A stretch of DNA of 64,000 nt from an uncultured Methylomirabilota bacterium (GCA_963845565.1 CAWJSJ010000001.1:960001-1024000); one strand, 5' to 3'. Shown: positions 39,733 through 51,353, counted from the stretch's first letter. Program-made: numbers and translations. Notes: generated by a model not told the origin, from the sequence alone.

Positions 39733-41454
39733 CTACTCCTCCTCGTCCTCGTCCCGGCGTCGCTTCCGGCCGTGTCCGCTGTCCTCCTCGGGCGCCAGGC
39801 CGTCCCGCAGCGAGTCGACAATCGCGCGGAGGCTGAGACCGATCTTGCGCTCCTCGGGGTCGAGCTTGATCACCTTGAGTATCAACTCTTGCCCAACCTG
39901 GACGACGTCCTCCGGCTTATTGACCCGCTCGTGAGAGAGTTCGGACACGTGGAGGAGGCCCTCCACGCCGTCCTCCAGCTCCACGAAGGCGCCGAAGTCG
40001 GTGGTCCGGATGACCTTCCCTTGCACGTCCATCCCCACCCGATACTTCTCGGGAACGGCCGACTGCCACGGGTCCTGCTGCACCTGCTTGAGGCCCAGGG
40101 AGATCCGGTGGTTGGCCTTGTCCACGTGCAGGACGAGAGCGTCCACCTTCTCCCCCTTTTTGAGGAGCTCCGACGGGTGTCGAATGCGCTTGGTCCAGGA
40201 CATGTCGGAGATATGAATCAGGCCGTCGATGCCCTCCTCCAGCTCCACGAAGGCGCCGAAGTCCGCCAGGTTTCGGACCCGCCCCTCCACTCGCGTCCCC
40301 ACCGGATAGCGTTCCTCGATGAAGTTCCACGGGTTGGGCTCGGCCTGGCGCATCCCGAGCGAGATTCGCTTGTTGCCGCGGTCCACATCCAGGACGACCA
40401 CTTCCACCATATCGCCGATGGCCACCACCTTCGAAGGATGCTTCACCCGCTGGGTCCAGGACATTTCCGAGATGTGCACCAACCCCTCGACGCCCTCCTC
40501 CAGCTCCACGAAGGCGCCGTAGTCGGTCATGCTGACGACCTTCCCCGTGAACTTTGTCCCAACCGGGTATCGCTGCTCCACCGCCTCCCAGGGATCGGGC
40601 AGCCGCTGCTTGTACCCCAGGGATACACGCTCGTTGGTCCGGTCGAACTTGAGGACCACCACCTCGATCTCGTCTCCGACCTGGAAGATCTCCGAGGGGT
40701 GCCCGATCCGCCCCCACGACATATCGGTGATGTGAAGCAGACCGTCGAGCCCCCCCAGATCCACGAAGGCGCCGTACTCGGTGATGTTCTTGATCTTGCC
40801 CTTGACCCGCTTCCCCTCGGCCAGCGTCGCCAAGGTATCTTCCTTCAGGTGCTTCCGCTCTTCCTCGAGCAACTCCCGGCGGGAGAGCACGATGTTGCCC
40901 CGCTTCTGGTTCAGCTTGATGATCTTCATCGGGAAGGCCTTCCCGATGAGCTTATCCAAATCCCGGACCGGCCGGAGGTCCACCTGCGAGCCGGGCAGGA
41001 AGGCCCGCACGCCGATGTCGACGATCAAGCCGCCCTTGGTCCGGCCCAGGATCATGCCGGAGATGGGCCCGCCCTTTTCGTAGACCTGGGAGAGCTCGTC
41101 CCAGATCTTAATCTTCTCCGCCTTTTCCCGCGACAGGACGATCAGGCCGTCGCTGTCTTCGCGCTGCTCCAGATAGACATCCACCGTATCCCCGACCTTG
41201 GCCGTGATTTCTCCGGACGGGGTGCGGAATTCCCGCAGGGGGATCAACCCCTCGGACTTGTACCCGATGTCGACCAGGACGACATCCTCCCGCATCTCCA
41301 GGATGGTCCCCTTGATGATGTCGCCCTCAATGACGTCCCGCAGGCTCTCCTCGTAGATGGCGCGCATTTCGGGCGATGGACCCGTCGCGTCCGTCTCCAA
41401 CTCGTCGGGGTCGGTGAAATCTTGCGGATCAAAACCGGTTGACTGTAATGTCAT
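39733..41454 (-). CDS. rpsA: 30S ribosomal protein S1
   Basis: Six S1 repeats (DIGYKSEG, YGAFVDLGG.DGLLHI.D.SW etc.). Confidence 0.97.
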   Translation of the reverse strand: MTLQSTGFDPQDFTDPDELETDATGPSPEMRAIYEESLRDVIEGDIIKGTILEMREDVVLVDIGYKSEGLIPLREFRTPSGEITAKVGDTVDVYLEQREDSDGLIVLSREKAEKIKIWDELSQVYEKGGPISGMILGRTKGGLIVDIGVRAFLPGSQVDLRPVRDLDKLIGKAFPMKIIKLNQKRGNIVLSRRELLEEERKHLKEDTLATLAEGKRVKGKIKNITEYGAFVDLGGLDGLLHITDMSWGRIGHPSEIFQVGDEIEVVVLKFDRTNERVSLGYKQRLPDPWEAVEQRYPVGTKFTGKVVSMTDYGAFVELEEGVEGLVHISEMSWTQRVKHPSKVVAIGDMVEVVVLDVDRGNKRISLGMRQAEPNPWNFIEERYPVGTRVEGRVRNLADFGAFVELEEGIDGLIHISDMSWTKRIRHPSELLKKGEKVDALVLHVDKANHRISLGLKQVQQDPWQSAVPEKYRVGMDVQGKVIRTTDFGAFVELEDGVEGLLHVSELSHERVNKPEDVVQVGQELILKVIKLDPEERKIGLSLRAIVDSLRDGLAPEEDSGHGRKRRRDEDEEE

Positions 41455-41809
41455 GAAACCCTACTCCTCCTGCTCACGGCCGTGAATTCGAGGCGTCGCC
41501 GCACCCCCGCCAGGCGGGGACAACGGCCGACTCTCATGAGGCGGCCAAGCCGCCTTATGGTCTCAGAGATTGAATGACCTCGCGGTGTGTCGGCGCGCTG
41601 CCGAGCGGTCCCGCACGTCGCGCGACGCCCTGCCGGGATTCCCCGACCCGTCACCCTGGAAACACCGACTGTCACAGGGGCTCGCCGACACCGTGCGACC
41701 GAGCGCGTAGACGAAACCGGCTTGTACGTCCCGGGGGCCTGCGAGAGGAGGGATGATACACGCCCTCTCCAGCCGAGGCAAGCAAAATAAACCCTATCCG
41801 CCCACAAAC

Positions 41810-42529
41810 TCAGGGCTTATCCCGCCCGAGCACTCCGGCCACCTCCGCCAGCATCCGGCGGACAACCCCCTCCGCATCCAGCGAGGTCGAATCGATCCGA
41901 ATCGCATCCGCCGCCGGCCGAAGCGGGGCGATGTCCCGTCCACTATCGCGGGCGTCGCGCCGAGCAACCTCTTCTCGGACGGCGCCCGGGTCGGCAGCCG
42001 CCCCTGCGCGCTGCAGGTCCTTGAGCCGGCGATCCGCCCGGACGCCGAGGTCCGCATCCAGGAAGAACTTGAGGTCCGCATCGGGAAAGACCACGGTCCC
42101 GATATCCCGTCCGTCCATCACCACACCGCCCGCACTCGCCATCGATCGCTGCAGCGCCACCATGCGTTCCCGCACGGCCGGACAGGTCGAGACCAGCGAG
42201 GCCGCCTCGTCCATCGCGGGCGTCCGGAGCCACGCCGTGACGTCGGTGCCGTCCACCAAGATGCGGGGACCGTCCGCGGTGGACGCGATCCGGACGTCGG
42301 TGCGCACCGCCAGCGCTCCCAACCCGGCGTGACTGCGCAGGTCCACGCCTTCCCGCACCGCTTTCCACCCCAAGGCGCGGTACATGGCGCCGCTGTCGAT
42401 GTAGAGGCATCCGATTTCCGCCGCAAGCCGCCGCGCCACCGTACTCTTGCCGGCGCCGACCGGTCCGTCGATGGCAATCACCAGACCCGGTCCACCCGAT
42501 TGCGCGCTCCTGCGGTTCGCCTCAGACAT
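41810..42529 (-). CDS. cmk: Cytidylate kinase
   Basis: IAIDGP.GAGKST, DSGAMYR, DGRDIGTVVFPDA. Confidence 0.95.
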   Translation of the reverse strand: MSEANRRSAQSGGPGLVIAIDGPVGAGKSTVARRLAAEIGCLYIDSGAMYRALGWKAVREGVDLRSHAGLGALAVRTDVRIASTADGPRILVDGTDVTAWLRTPAMDEAASLVSTCPAVRERMVALQRSMASAGGVVMDGRDIGTVVFPDADLKFFLDADLGVRADRRLKDLQRAGAAADPGAVREEVARRDARDSGRDIAPLRPAADAIRIDSTSLDAEGVVRRMLAEVAGVLGRDKP

Positions 42530-43874
42530 CCTCCGCCACCTCGACCACGCCACAGGCGGGCGCTACCTCCGCCAGCAGCCGTGCAAACCCGGGAAACGAG
42601 GTGTCCACGCACGCCACGTCCCGGATCGTGGTTTCCCCGTCCGCGAACAGCGCCGCGATGGCCAGGCTCATCGCCATGCGGTGGTCGCCCCGGCTGGAGA
42701 CCACCGCGCCCCGCAGCCGGGCGCCCCCGCGCACGCGCAGGCTGTCGGCGGTCACGGACACCTCCGCCCCCAATCGCCCGAACTCCTCCGCCACCGCCGA
42801 GAGCCGATCCACCTCCTTCACCCGGAGCTCACCCGCGCCCGTGATGGTCGTCTCGCCCTCGGCCAGCGCAGCGATGACCGCCAGGACCGGAACCTCGTCC
42901 ACCAACCGAGGAATCAGGTCGGCGCCGATCTGCACCCCGCGCAGTCCCGCTCCGGAGACCGTGAGGTCCGCCACCGGCTCCCCAGCCTCGAGCCGAGCCC
43001 GGTCGTGCCGGATGGTGGCCCCCATCCCCGTGAGAACGTCCAGGATGCCGGTCCGCGTGGGGTTCACACCCACGTCCCGCACGCACACCGCCCCGCCACC
43101 CGGCGCCGCGGCCGCGGCCAGGAAGAACGCCGCCGAGGACAGGTCCCCGGGGATGCTGAGCGCGGTCGCAGCGAGCCGCGCCCCGCCCCTAATCGTCACC
43201 CTGACACCCTCCCGCCCCGGCGTCACGCCGAAGGCCGTCAGCATCCGCTCGGTGTGATCGCGCGAGAGGAACGGCTCGGCGACGCTCGTCTCCCCGGCGG
43301 CCTGGAGGCCCGCCAACAGGACGGCAGTTTTCACCTGCGCGCTGGCGACCGGCGAGCGCCAGGCGATCCCGCGGAGCTCGCCCCCCCGCACGGCCAGCGG
43401 AGGGAACCCCCCGTCCGCTCGCCCCAGCAGCGTGGCCCCCATCGCCCGAAGCGGATCCACGATCCGGCGCATGGGACGGCGCCGCAGCGAGCCATCGCCG
43501 GTGAGCAGACTGCAGAACGGTCGGCCGGCCAGGGCACCTGCCAGCATCCGGAACGTGGTCCCCGAGTTCCCGGCATCCAGGACCGTCTCCGGCTCGCGCC
43601 AGGCATCCGGGCCGCCGCCGTGAACCCGGACGAGACCGTCCGCGGACTCGGAGATCTCGACCCCGACCGCCCGCAGCGCAGCCATCGTCGCCCGGCAATC
43701 CTCGCTCCGGAGGAGGCCGCCAATCGCCGTCGTCCCGTGGGCCATGGCGCCCAGCACGAGCGCCCGGTGGGAGAGCGACTTGTCCCCCGGGACCCGGACG
43801 GTTCCCGCCAGCGAGGCCGGGCCGCAGAGCCGCCACGACCGCATCGTCCGTCGCGTGACCGTGGTCTGGTTCAT
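42522..43874 (-). CDS. aroA: EPSP synthase (class II)
   Basis: PGDKSLSHR, GNSGT, RPM.R, SAQVK, RDHTE, LRVKE.DR, DHRMAM. Confidence 0.96.
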   Translation of the reverse strand: MNQTTVTRRTMRSWRLCGPASLAGTVRVPGDKSLSHRALVLGAMAHGTTAIGGLLRSEDCRATMAALRAVGVEISESADGLVRVHGGGPDAWREPETVLDAGNSGTTFRMLAGALAGRPFCSLLTGDGSLRRRPMRRIVDPLRAMGATLLGRADGGFPPLAVRGGELRGIAWRSPVASAQVKTAVLLAGLQAAGETSVAEPFLSRDHTERMLTAFGVTPGREGVRVTIRGGARLAATALSIPGDLSSAAFFLAAAAAPGGGAVCVRDVGVNPTRTGILDVLTGMGATIRHDRARLEAGEPVADLTVSGAGLRGVQIGADLIPRLVDEVPVLAVIAALAEGETTITGAGELRVKEVDRLSAVAEEFGRLGAEVSVTADSLRVRGGARLRGAVVSSRGDHRMAMSLAIAALFADGETTIRDVACVDTSFPGFARLLAEVAPACGVVEVAEDV

Positions 43875-44892
43875 CCCCCACTCCCGACCGTTGCCACCGG
43901 CCCGTCGCCGCGCGGCCGGCCCGTCGCCGCCGCGGCGGCCGCCAGGCGCGCCACGATGGACGCCGCCAGCGAGTCCACCCACTCATCGCCCCGCACCGTG
44001 ACCCATTCGGCCGTCGGCTCGCGCCGGAACCAGGTCACCTGCCGCTTGGCGTAATTCCGGGTGGCCCGCTGCATCTCGGCCAGCGCCTCCGCCTCCGTCG
44101 CCTGCCCCGCCACGACCGCCGCGGCCTGCCGATAGCCCAGCGCCTGGAGCGGACGGAGCGTCGGTGCGTATCCGGCCCTGACCAAGCCTCGCACCTCGGC
44201 GACCAGCCCGTCCTCCCACATCCGTTGGGCTCGGGCATCGATCGCCCGGTACAGTTCCTCGCGTTCCCGCATCAGGACCAGAAAGGCGGACACCATCACC
44301 CGCGGAGGATCCCACAGGGTGGGCCGCATCGCGGACGGGGGCACCCCCGTGAGTTCCCAGAGTTCGAGGGCACGCACCAGCCGAAACACATCGCCCGGGC
44401 GGATGGCCGCAGCCGAAAGGGGATCCACCTGCCGCAACCGTTCGTGGAGGAGTGCACCCCCCGCCCCCGTCGCCTCGGCTCGCAGCCGCGCTCGGATGGC
44501 GGGGTCCCCCGCTTCGCCCGCGAGCTGCCCCTTCAGGAACGCCCGCAGGTAGAGGCCCGTACCCCCCACCAGGATCGGCAGGCGGCCGCGGGCGTGGATC
44601 TCAGCCACCAGGGCTCGGGCCCGCCGGGCGAACTCGAACGCTGAAAACGTCTCCGTCGGGTCACAGACATCCAGCAGATGATGCGGCACGGCGCGTCGGT
44701 CCGCCGGGGACGGTTTGCCGGTCCCGATGTCGAGCCCGCGGTACACCTGCATGGAGTCGGCCACGACGATCTCGGCCGGCGCGCGCGTCGCGACGGCCAG
44801 CCCGAGTCGCGACTTCCCAACCCCGGTGGGGCCGGCGATGATCAGGATGGATGGCGCAAGAATGGCGGACGGCTCCCGTCTCAGGGCGTCAC
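43871..44892 (-). CDS. miaA: tRNA dimethylallyltransferase; start codon unclear
   Basis: In-frame upstream of the listed ORF: IIAGPTGVGKS; DSMQVY..LDIGTGKP, VGGTGLY, AKRQ.TWF. Confidence 0.92.
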
Positions 44893-45266
44893 GGCGCGAG
44901 CGCCCATTGTTCGACCCGGAACCGCAGGGTACGGCGGTAGAGGACCAGATCCAGGGGAACCTCCCACCCCACGCGGACCACGATCCGGTCCCCGTGTTGG
45001 CCGAACTCGACGGCGTCCTCCGCGAGGTCCACGCCCAGGTTCTTGGCCCGCGCGATGAGTTCCGCCCGCGCCTCGGCCTCTTTCCCCGGGCGCGTGGCAG
45101 CCATGGCCGCCTCTTTGACCGGGTTCTGCATGGACAGGTAGTCCCAGTAGATCGGGATGACCTTGCTCCCGACGAACCCGATGCCGGCCAGGACCGTCAC
45201 CGTCAGCAGGAACCCCAGGCGCGTCATGCCTGGGGCTCCCGGATTTCGTCTTCCCGGACAGTGCAT
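44889..45266 (-). CDS. DUF4845-like small protein with pilin-like N-terminal helix
   Basis: G-MTRLGFLL hydrophobic helix, K.IP.Y..Y, C-terminal beta-rich part. Confidence 0.6.
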   Translation of the reverse strand: MHCPGRRNPGAPGMTRLGFLLTVTVLAGIGFVGSKVIPIYWDYLSMQNPVKEAAMAATRPGKEAEARAELIARAKNLGVDLAEDAVEFGQHGDRIVVRVGWEVPLDLVLYRRTLRFRVEQWALAP

Positions 45267-45302
45267 GGATGGGTACCCTCGCGGACCGTCGCGACCGTCC
45301 GC

Positions 45303-46301
45303 CTACCGCCGCGCCTTCAGCCAGCTCATCATCCCACGCAGTTCCTTGCCGACCACCTCGACCTGCTGTTCGGCTTCCGTCCGGCGCATGGCCAGGAAGC
45401 CGGGCCGACCGGCCTGGTTCTCCAGGATCCACTCGCGGGCAAACTGGCCGCTCTGGATTTCGGCCAGGATCTTCTTCATTTCGGCCTTGACCGAGTCGTT
45501 GATGATCCGCGGGCCGCGGGTGTAGTCCCCGTACTCCGCCGTGTCGCTCACCGAGTAGCGCATGTACCCCAGGCCACCCTGGTAGATCAGGTCCACGATC
45601 AGCTTCATCTCATGCATGCACTCGAAGTAGGCGGACTCGGGCTGATACCCGGCCTCCACCAGCGTCTCGAAACCGGCCTTCATGAGCGCGGCGATTCCGC
45701 CGCAGAGCACCGTCTGCTCCCCGAAGAGGTCGGTCTCGGTCTCTTCCTTGAAGGTGGTCTCCAACACCCCGGCGCGCGTGCTGCCGATGCCCTTGGCATA
45801 CGCCAAGGCCAACTCCTTGGCCTTCCCGGACGGGTTCTGGTAGACGGCGACCAGCGCCGGCACGCCGGAGCCCTCGGTGTACACCTGTCGCATGGTGTGG
45901 CCCGGGGCTTTGGGGGCGATCATCGAGACGTCCACATCCGGCGGGGGCACGATCTGGTTGAAGTGGATGTTGAAGCCGTGGGCGAACATCAGGGTCTTCC
46001 CCGGCCGCAGCGCCGGCCGGATGGACTCCTCGTACACCTGCTTGTGGGTCTGATCGGGGAGCAGGATCATGACCACCTGGGACGCCTCGGCGGTCTCGGC
46101 CACCGTCCCCACCTTCAGCCCATCCCCCTTGGCTTTGTCCCAGGACTTGCTGCCCTTGTAGAGTCCGACCATGACCTCCAGACCGCTATCCCGGTGGTTC
46201 AGGGCGTGCGCGTGCCCTTGACTCCCGTACCCGATGATCCCGATGGTCTTCCCCTTCAACAGCCCCAGGTCCGCGTCCTTGTCGTAGTAGAGTGTCGCCA
46301 T
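45303..46301 (-). CDS. ilvC: Ketol-acid reductoisomerase
   Basis: [38 protein letters not shown]. Confidence 0.97.
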   Translation of the reverse strand: MATLYYDKDADLGLLKGKTIGIIGYGSQGHAHALNHRDSGLEVMVGLYKGSKSWDKAKGDGLKVGTVAETAEASQVVMILLPDQTHKQVYEESIRPALRPGKTLMFAHGFNIHFNQIVPPPDVDVSMIAPKAPGHTMRQVYTEGSGVPALVAVYQNPSGKAKELALAYAKGIGSTRAGVLETTFKEETETDLFGEQTVLCGGIAALMKAGFETLVEAGYQPESAYFECMHEMKLIVDLIYQGGLGYMRYSVSDTAEYGDYTRGPRIINDSVKAEMKKILAEIQSGQFAREWILENQAGRPGFLAMRRTEAEQQVEVVGKELRGMMSWLKARR

Positions 46302-46314
46302 GGATCTCCTCGTT

Positions 46315-46878
46315 TCAGTCGTTCATCGCCTGTTTCCGGCCGACCACCCGCACCCGGCTCTCCTCGCGTTTGGGGAGGCTCTTGCTGCCCCGGGCGATGG
46401 CCAGCGTCCCGCTGCGCACGATCTCCTGAATGCCGAAGGGCTGCAGCAACTCCAACACGGCTGCGACCTTCTTCTGCTCCCCGGTGACCTCCAGCGTGTA
46501 GCTGGTGGGGGTCACGTCCACGATGCGTCCGCGGAAGATCTCGTTGATCCGCAGGATCTCCGCCCGCGACGCCGCCTCGGCGTTGACCCGGACGAACACC
46601 ATCTCGCGTCCGATGTGCTCTTCGTCCGTCAGATCGATGACCTTGATGACATCGATCAACCGATGCAACTGCTTGACCGCTTGCTCGATGACCCATTCGT
46701 CGCCGTGGAGCGACAGCGTCATCCGGGACACCGACGGGTCCAGCGTCTCGGCCACCGACAGACTGTCGATGTTGTATCCTTTGGCGGCGATCAGCGAGGC
46801 AATTCTGGCCAGGACGCCCTGATGATTCTCCACCAGGACGGCCAGGATGTGCTTCCGGTATTGCTTGACATCCGTCAT
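46315..46878 (-). CDS. ilvN: Acetolactate synthase small subunit
   Basis: LVEN..GVLARI...GYNIDSL ACT domain. Confidence 0.93.
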   Translation of the reverse strand: MTDVKQYRKHILAVLVENHQGVLARIASLIAAKGYNIDSLSVAETLDPSVSRMTLSLHGDEWVIEQAVKQLHRLIDVIKVIDLTDEEHIGREMVFVRVNAEAASRAEILRINEIFRGRIVDVTPTSYTLEVTGEQKKVAAVLELLQPFGIQEIVRSGTLAIARGSKSLPKREESRVRVVGRKQAMND

Positions 46879-46930
46879 GGGGTTCCGTCCTCTGCGCCAC
46901 CCCCGGCCGGCGCCGAGAGGCAAACGGCGG

Positions 46931-48664
46931 TTAGCGCCAGCCCTGGAAAAGCCGTTCGGGGATCGGCTCGCCCTCGTCGATGATCTCCCGCAGGCTGCAC
47001 CCGGCCGGGATGATCGGGTAGCAGTTCTCTTCCCGCGTCGTCACGATGTCCACCACCACCGGGCCCGGGGTGCCGATCGCCTTCTCGATGACGGGGCGGA
47101 CCTCACTGGGCCGCCGGGCCCGCAGGCCGGTGGCCCCGAAGGCCTCCGCCAGCTTCACGAAGTCCGGCTGGACCTCCAGATCCACCTGCGAGTACTTGCC
47201 GCCGTAGAACATGTCCTGCCACTGGCGGACCATCCCCAGATACCGGTTGTTGATGATGAAGATCTTCACCGGCAAGTTGTACTGGACGCAGGTGATGAGG
47301 TCCTGCATGGTCATCTGAAAGCTGCCGTCCCCATCGATGTCGACGACCAGTCGGCTGGGAAACGCCGCCTGCGCCCCCAGCGCCGCCGGAAACCCGTAGC
47401 CCATGGTCCCCAGCCCCCCCGAGGTCAGCCAGTTCCGGGGATTGCGCGCCCGGTAGTACTGCGCCGCCCACATCTGGTGCTGCCCCACACCCGTGGACAC
47501 GACGGGGTCGTGCGCCTCGGTCGCCTTGTAGATCTCGTCGATGGCGAACTGGGGCAGGATCGCACCGTCCGCCTCCTGCCGGTACCGCAGCGGGTGGCCG
47601 CGCTGCCACTCCGCGATCTGCCCGTACCATTCCGCCATCTCTCCGCGCCAGTCGCGCGTCCCCTTGGCCAGCTCAGCGTTCAGCTGGGTCAGCACGCGCT
47701 TCACATCCCCCACGATGGGCACGTCCACGTGGACGTTTTTCCGGATCGAGGTCGGATCGATGTCGATGTGGATGATCTTGCAGTTCTTGGCGAACTCGGA
47801 GAGCTTCCCGGTCACCCGGTCGTCGAAGCGGGACCCGACCGCGATCATCAGGTCGGCGTGGGCCATGACCATGTTGGCGGCGTAGGTGCCGTGCATCCCT
47901 AGCATGCCCAGCCACAGCGGATGCGCCGTATCCAGCGCCCCCAACCCCATCAGGGTCAGCGTGGTGGGGATCTGCGTCTGGTTGACCAGCTGGGTGAGTT
48001 CCGCCGAGGCGTCGGCGTGGATGATCCCGCCGCCGCCGTAGATGACCGGCCGCTTGGCGGCCGCAATCAGCTCCGCCGCCTTCCGGATCTGCCCGGGGTG
48101 GCCGTTGACGGACGGGTTATAGCTCCGGATCGAGACCTCCGACGGGTAGCCCTTGAACTCCGCGCGGCCCATGATCACGTCTTTGGGCAAGTCCACCAGG
48201 ACCGGTCCCGGCCGACCGCTGCGGGCGATGTAGTACGCCTCCTTGATGATCCGCGGCAGGTCCTCGGTCTTGGTGGCCAGGAAGTTGTGCTTGGTGCAGG
48301 TGCGCGTCGTCCCGACGACGTCCGCCTCCTGGAAGGCATCGCAGCCCATCACCGCGGTCGGCACCTGGCCGGTGAAGACCACGATGCCCATGGAGTCCAT
48401 CAGGGCGTCGGTGAGGCCCGTGATGGTATTGGTGGCCCCCGGGCCGGAGGTGACGATGGCCGTACCCGTCTGTCCGCTGGCCTTGTAGTATCCCTCGACG
48501 GCGTGGACCGCCGTCTGTTCGTGCCGGCACAGAATGTGGTGGATCGGGTAATCCAGAAGCATGTGGTAGGTGTGCAGGATCACGCCGCCCGGATGGCCGA
48601 AGACCGTGTGGGTCCCCTCGGCCTGCAGGCTGCGCAGGAAGATCTCCGAACCGGTCAGCCGCAT
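46931..48664 (-). CDS. ilvB: Acetolactate synthase large subunit
   Basis: RHEQ, TSGPGATN, FQE.D, RFDDRVTG, GDGSFQM, LGMVRQWQ. Confidence 0.96.
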   Translation of the reverse strand: MRLTGSEIFLRSLQAEGTHTVFGHPGGVILHTYHMLLDYPIHHILCRHEQTAVHAVEGYYKASGQTGTAIVTSGPGATNTITGLTDALMDSMGIVVFTGQVPTAVMGCDAFQEADVVGTTRTCTKHNFLATKTEDLPRIIKEAYYIARSGRPGPVLVDLPKDVIMGRAEFKGYPSEVSIRSYNPSVNGHPGQIRKAAELIAAAKRPVIYGGGGIIHADASAELTQLVNQTQIPTTLTLMGLGALDTAHPLWLGMLGMHGTYAANMVMAHADLMIAVGSRFDDRVTGKLSEFAKNCKIIHIDIDPTSIRKNVHVDVPIVGDVKRVLTQLNAELAKGTRDWRGEMAEWYGQIAEWQRGHPLRYRQEADGAILPQFAIDEIYKATEAHDPVVSTGVGQHQMWAAQYYRARNPRNWLTSGGLGTMGYGFPAALGAQAAFPSRLVVDIDGDGSFQMTMQDLITCVQYNLPVKIFIINNRYLGMVRQWQDMFYGGKYSQVDLEVQPDFVKLAEAFGATGLRARRPSEVRPVIEKAIGTPGPVVVDIVTTREENCYPIIPAGCSLREIIDEGEPIPERLFQGWR

Positions 48665-48799
48665 GGTGTATCTCCCCCTCCCGCGGGAGGATCGCTCCCG
48701 CCGGGTGTCTGCCGTTTTCTTCATCCGCCCGGCCGTCCAAGGCGCGGACCTAGGGGTCGGATGTAAGTTTTGATTTTTAACATGCGAAACGGTCAGCCG

Positions 48800-50416
48800 T
48801 CAATCACGAACTGGCCGCCCCGAGGATCGCCGCATCCGGCGCCGGAGGAGGTCCTGGGCCCAGGCGAGCTCGTCGCAGCGGAGAACCGCGGCGGCGCCGA
48901 GGAAGAGGCCGACCGCCACGCCCATCTCCCCGACCAGCACGGCGACCCGCCCGACGAGCGATGGAAACCCCATCGGGCTCCACCAGAGGTGCGTGGCCGC
49001 GCCCCAGCCGGCCATGGGAAGGCACGCCACCGCCACCCGCGCCGCCGCCCGCAGGATGACCCGCCCCTCCAGAAGGCCGAGGCGTCGCCGCAGGCGGAGG
49101 ACGAGCTGCAGGCAGTTGCTGGCCGACGCGACCGCCGTGGCGAGGGCGAGACCCACCGCACCCAAGGGGCCCATCAGGAGCAGGCTGGCCCCGATGTTCA
49201 CCCCCACCGCCACCATCCCGGTCGAGACGGGCGTCCAGGTGTCCCGCATGGCGTAGAAGGCGGGCGCCAGGATGCGGTTGCCGATGTAGAACGCCAGCCC
49301 GACCGCGTAGGCGCAGAGGATCGCGGCGGTGAGGAGCGTCACCGATCGCGTAAAGGCGCCCCGTTCGAACAGGACCGCCACCACGGGGACCGCGAAGCTG
49401 ATCAAGCCAACCATGGACGGCACAGCGAGAAAGATCGCCAGGCGCAGGCTGTCCCGCAGCGCCCGCTTCATCTCACCCATCGCGTCCCGGGCGACCGCCG
49501 TGGCCATCACCGGCAGCGCGCCGGTGGCGATCGCCACCCCGACCACCCCGATGGGGAACTGCACCAGCCGGAACGCGTAGGTCATGGCCGCCACGCTCCC
49601 CTCCGCCAACCAGGAGGCCAGGAGCGTTCCCACGAAGACGTTGATCTGGGTGACGGCGAGCCCGGCCACCCCGGGGAGCATCAACCGGCCGATCTCCCGG
49701 ACCGCGGGGTCCCGCGGCGCGACCTGCATCGCCGGCCGCCAGCCGCAGGCCACGGCCGCCGGGACCTGGATGGCGAGCTGGCCGATCCCTCCGACGACCA
49801 CCGCGATGGCGATCGGAATCACCGGCTGGCTCACCACCGGCGCCACCAGGAAGGCCGACGCGATCATCACCAGATTCAGCACCGTGGGGGACAGCGCCGG
49901 CGCCAGGAAGTGACCCAGCGAGTTGAGGATCGCCATGAACAGCGCCGCCAGCCCCACCAGGAAGATGTAGGGGAACATGATCCGAAGCAGCGTGGCGGTC
50001 AGCGCCAGTTTTCCGGGGACCGCGGCGAAACCGGGTGCTAGGACCTGGACAATCCAGGGGGCCAGCAGGACCCCCGCCACCGACACCACCGCCAGCACGA
50101 CCGCCAGCGTCCCGAGGACCCGCGAGGCCAGCGCCCACGCCGCGCCTTGCCCGTCCCGGGCGGTCGTGCGCGCGAAGGTGGGAATGAAGGCCGCCGAGAG
50201 CGCGCCTTCTCCCAGGAGCTCGCGCAGCGTGCTGGGAATCCGGAAGGCGACGAAGAACGCATCGGCCACCATGCCCGCGCCAAAGAGCCAGGCGATGGCC
50301 ATGTCCCGCACGAACCCGAGGACGCGGCTGAGGAGAGTCGCCAGGCCGACGACCCCCGCCGCCGAGGCGATTTTCCGAACCGAGGCGGATCCGACGGAGG
50401 TCCCCGGCTCAGTCAT
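48800..50416 (-). CDS. murJ: Lipid II flippase MurJ
   Basis: SRVLGFVRD, AFRIP..LREL.GEG, FERGAF; about 14 TMs. Confidence 0.95.
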   Translation of the reverse strand: MTEPGTSVGSASVRKIASAAGVVGLATLLSRVLGFVRDMAIAWLFGAGMVADAFFVAFRIPSTLRELLGEGALSAAFIPTFARTTARDGQGAAWALASRVLGTLAVVLAVVSVAGVLLAPWIVQVLAPGFAAVPGKLALTATLLRIMFPYIFLVGLAALFMAILNSLGHFLAPALSPTVLNLVMIASAFLVAPVVSQPVIPIAIAVVVGGIGQLAIQVPAAVACGWRPAMQVAPRDPAVREIGRLMLPGVAGLAVTQINVFVGTLLASWLAEGSVAAMTYAFRLVQFPIGVVGVAIATGALPVMATAVARDAMGEMKRALRDSLRLAIFLAVPSMVGLISFAVPVVAVLFERGAFTRSVTLLTAAILCAYAVGLAFYIGNRILAPAFYAMRDTWTPVSTGMVAVGVNIGASLLLMGPLGAVGLALATAVASASNCLQLVLRLRRRLGLLEGRVILRAAARVAVACLPMAGWGAATHLWWSPMGFPSLVGRVAVLVGEMGVAVGLFLGAAAVLRCDELAWAQDLLRRRMRRSSGRPVRD

Positions 50417-50542
50417 GCGCCACCCGCCGTCCCCACCGCACCAGAAATCCCTTGACTTCCCGCCACGACTCCTCTAAAAGAATAGGGTTTCTGGGCGGTC
50501 CCAGAACGCTGCGGGATGAGACCATCGAAAGGAGTCAGGTAG

Positions 50543-50821
50543 ATGCCGATCATCAAATCGTCCATCAAGGATCTGCGCCGAACCGAGCGGCGGACTGCCC
50601 GGAACCGGGCCGCCCAGGGGAAGTTGCGGTCCAGCTTGAAGCGCGCCCGGACCGCCGTGGCCGGCGGCCAGGCCGCCGTTGCACAGCAGGCCGTGGCGGA
50701 CGCCGTGCCCGTGATCGACCGCGCCATCGCCAAGGGCATCTTGCACAAGAACGCCGCCGCCCGGTACAAGTCGCGCCTGATGCGGCGAGCGGCCAAGCTC
50801 ACCGCGCCTGCCGCGTCGTAA
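50543..50821 (+). CDS. rpsT: 30S ribosomal protein S20
   Basis: IKSS.K, KGILHKNAAARYKSRL. Confidence 0.96.
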   Translation: MPIIKSSIKDLRRTERRTARNRAAQGKLRSSLKRARTAVAGGQAAVAQQAVADAVPVIDRAIAKGILHKNAAARYKSRLMRRAAKLTAPAAS

Positions 50822-50831
50822 ACCGATCCCG

Positions 50832-51353
50832 TCACCACTCCTCCAGCAGTCGGGCCACCAGCTTCGACGCCGCGTCCTGCGCCGCGCCCTGCACCGCCTC
50901 GTCCTCCGCCGTGCGCGTGCCGGCCGCGGTGGTTCCGGCCGTGTAGAACGCTTCGCCGACCACCACCTCCTTGAGCCGGACCTTGCCGTCGGCCCGCCCG
51001 ACCAGGGTCGCCGACACCGTGACCCGCACCCGGAACCGCCGACCGATGTCCTGCACGTTAAAGGCGATCGCTTCGTTCAGGTAGGCCGTGACGCTCCCCG
51101 AGAGGATCACGTCCGGAGGGCCGGCCTCCGGCGAGCGCAGGATCCCCCGCAGCCGGAGCTGGCGCAGCAGCGCCCCCGCCACCGCGCCCTGGACGCCGGG
51201 ACGAAAGGTTTCGTTGGTGATCGGCTCGACGGCCACCCGGGGTCCGCCCTCGGCCGAGCCGGTCGCCCCGAGGGGCTGATATCCGCACCCGACCGCGAAT
51301 GCCGCCGCTGCACCCAGCAGCAGGCATTGCACCACGATCCACCGTCCGCGCAT
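50832..51353 (-). CDS. lptE: LPS assembly lipoprotein LptE-like
   Basis: Lipobox AVG-CGY; follows leuS. Confidence 0.75.
   Translation of the reverse strand: MRGRWIVVQCLLLGAAAAFAVGCGYQPLGATGSAEGGPRVAVEPITNETFRPGVQGAVAGALLRQLRLRGILRSPEAGPPDVILSGSVTAYLNEAIAFNVQDIGRRFRVRVTVSATLVGRADGKVRLKEVVVGEAFYTAGTTAAGTRTAEDEAVQGAAQDAASKLVARLLEEW

Noticed and set aside
48664..48800. ilv/leu attenuator leader peptide
   Set aside because: No Ile/Leu/Val-rich short ORF or terminator upstream of ilvB; leuA directly follows pssA
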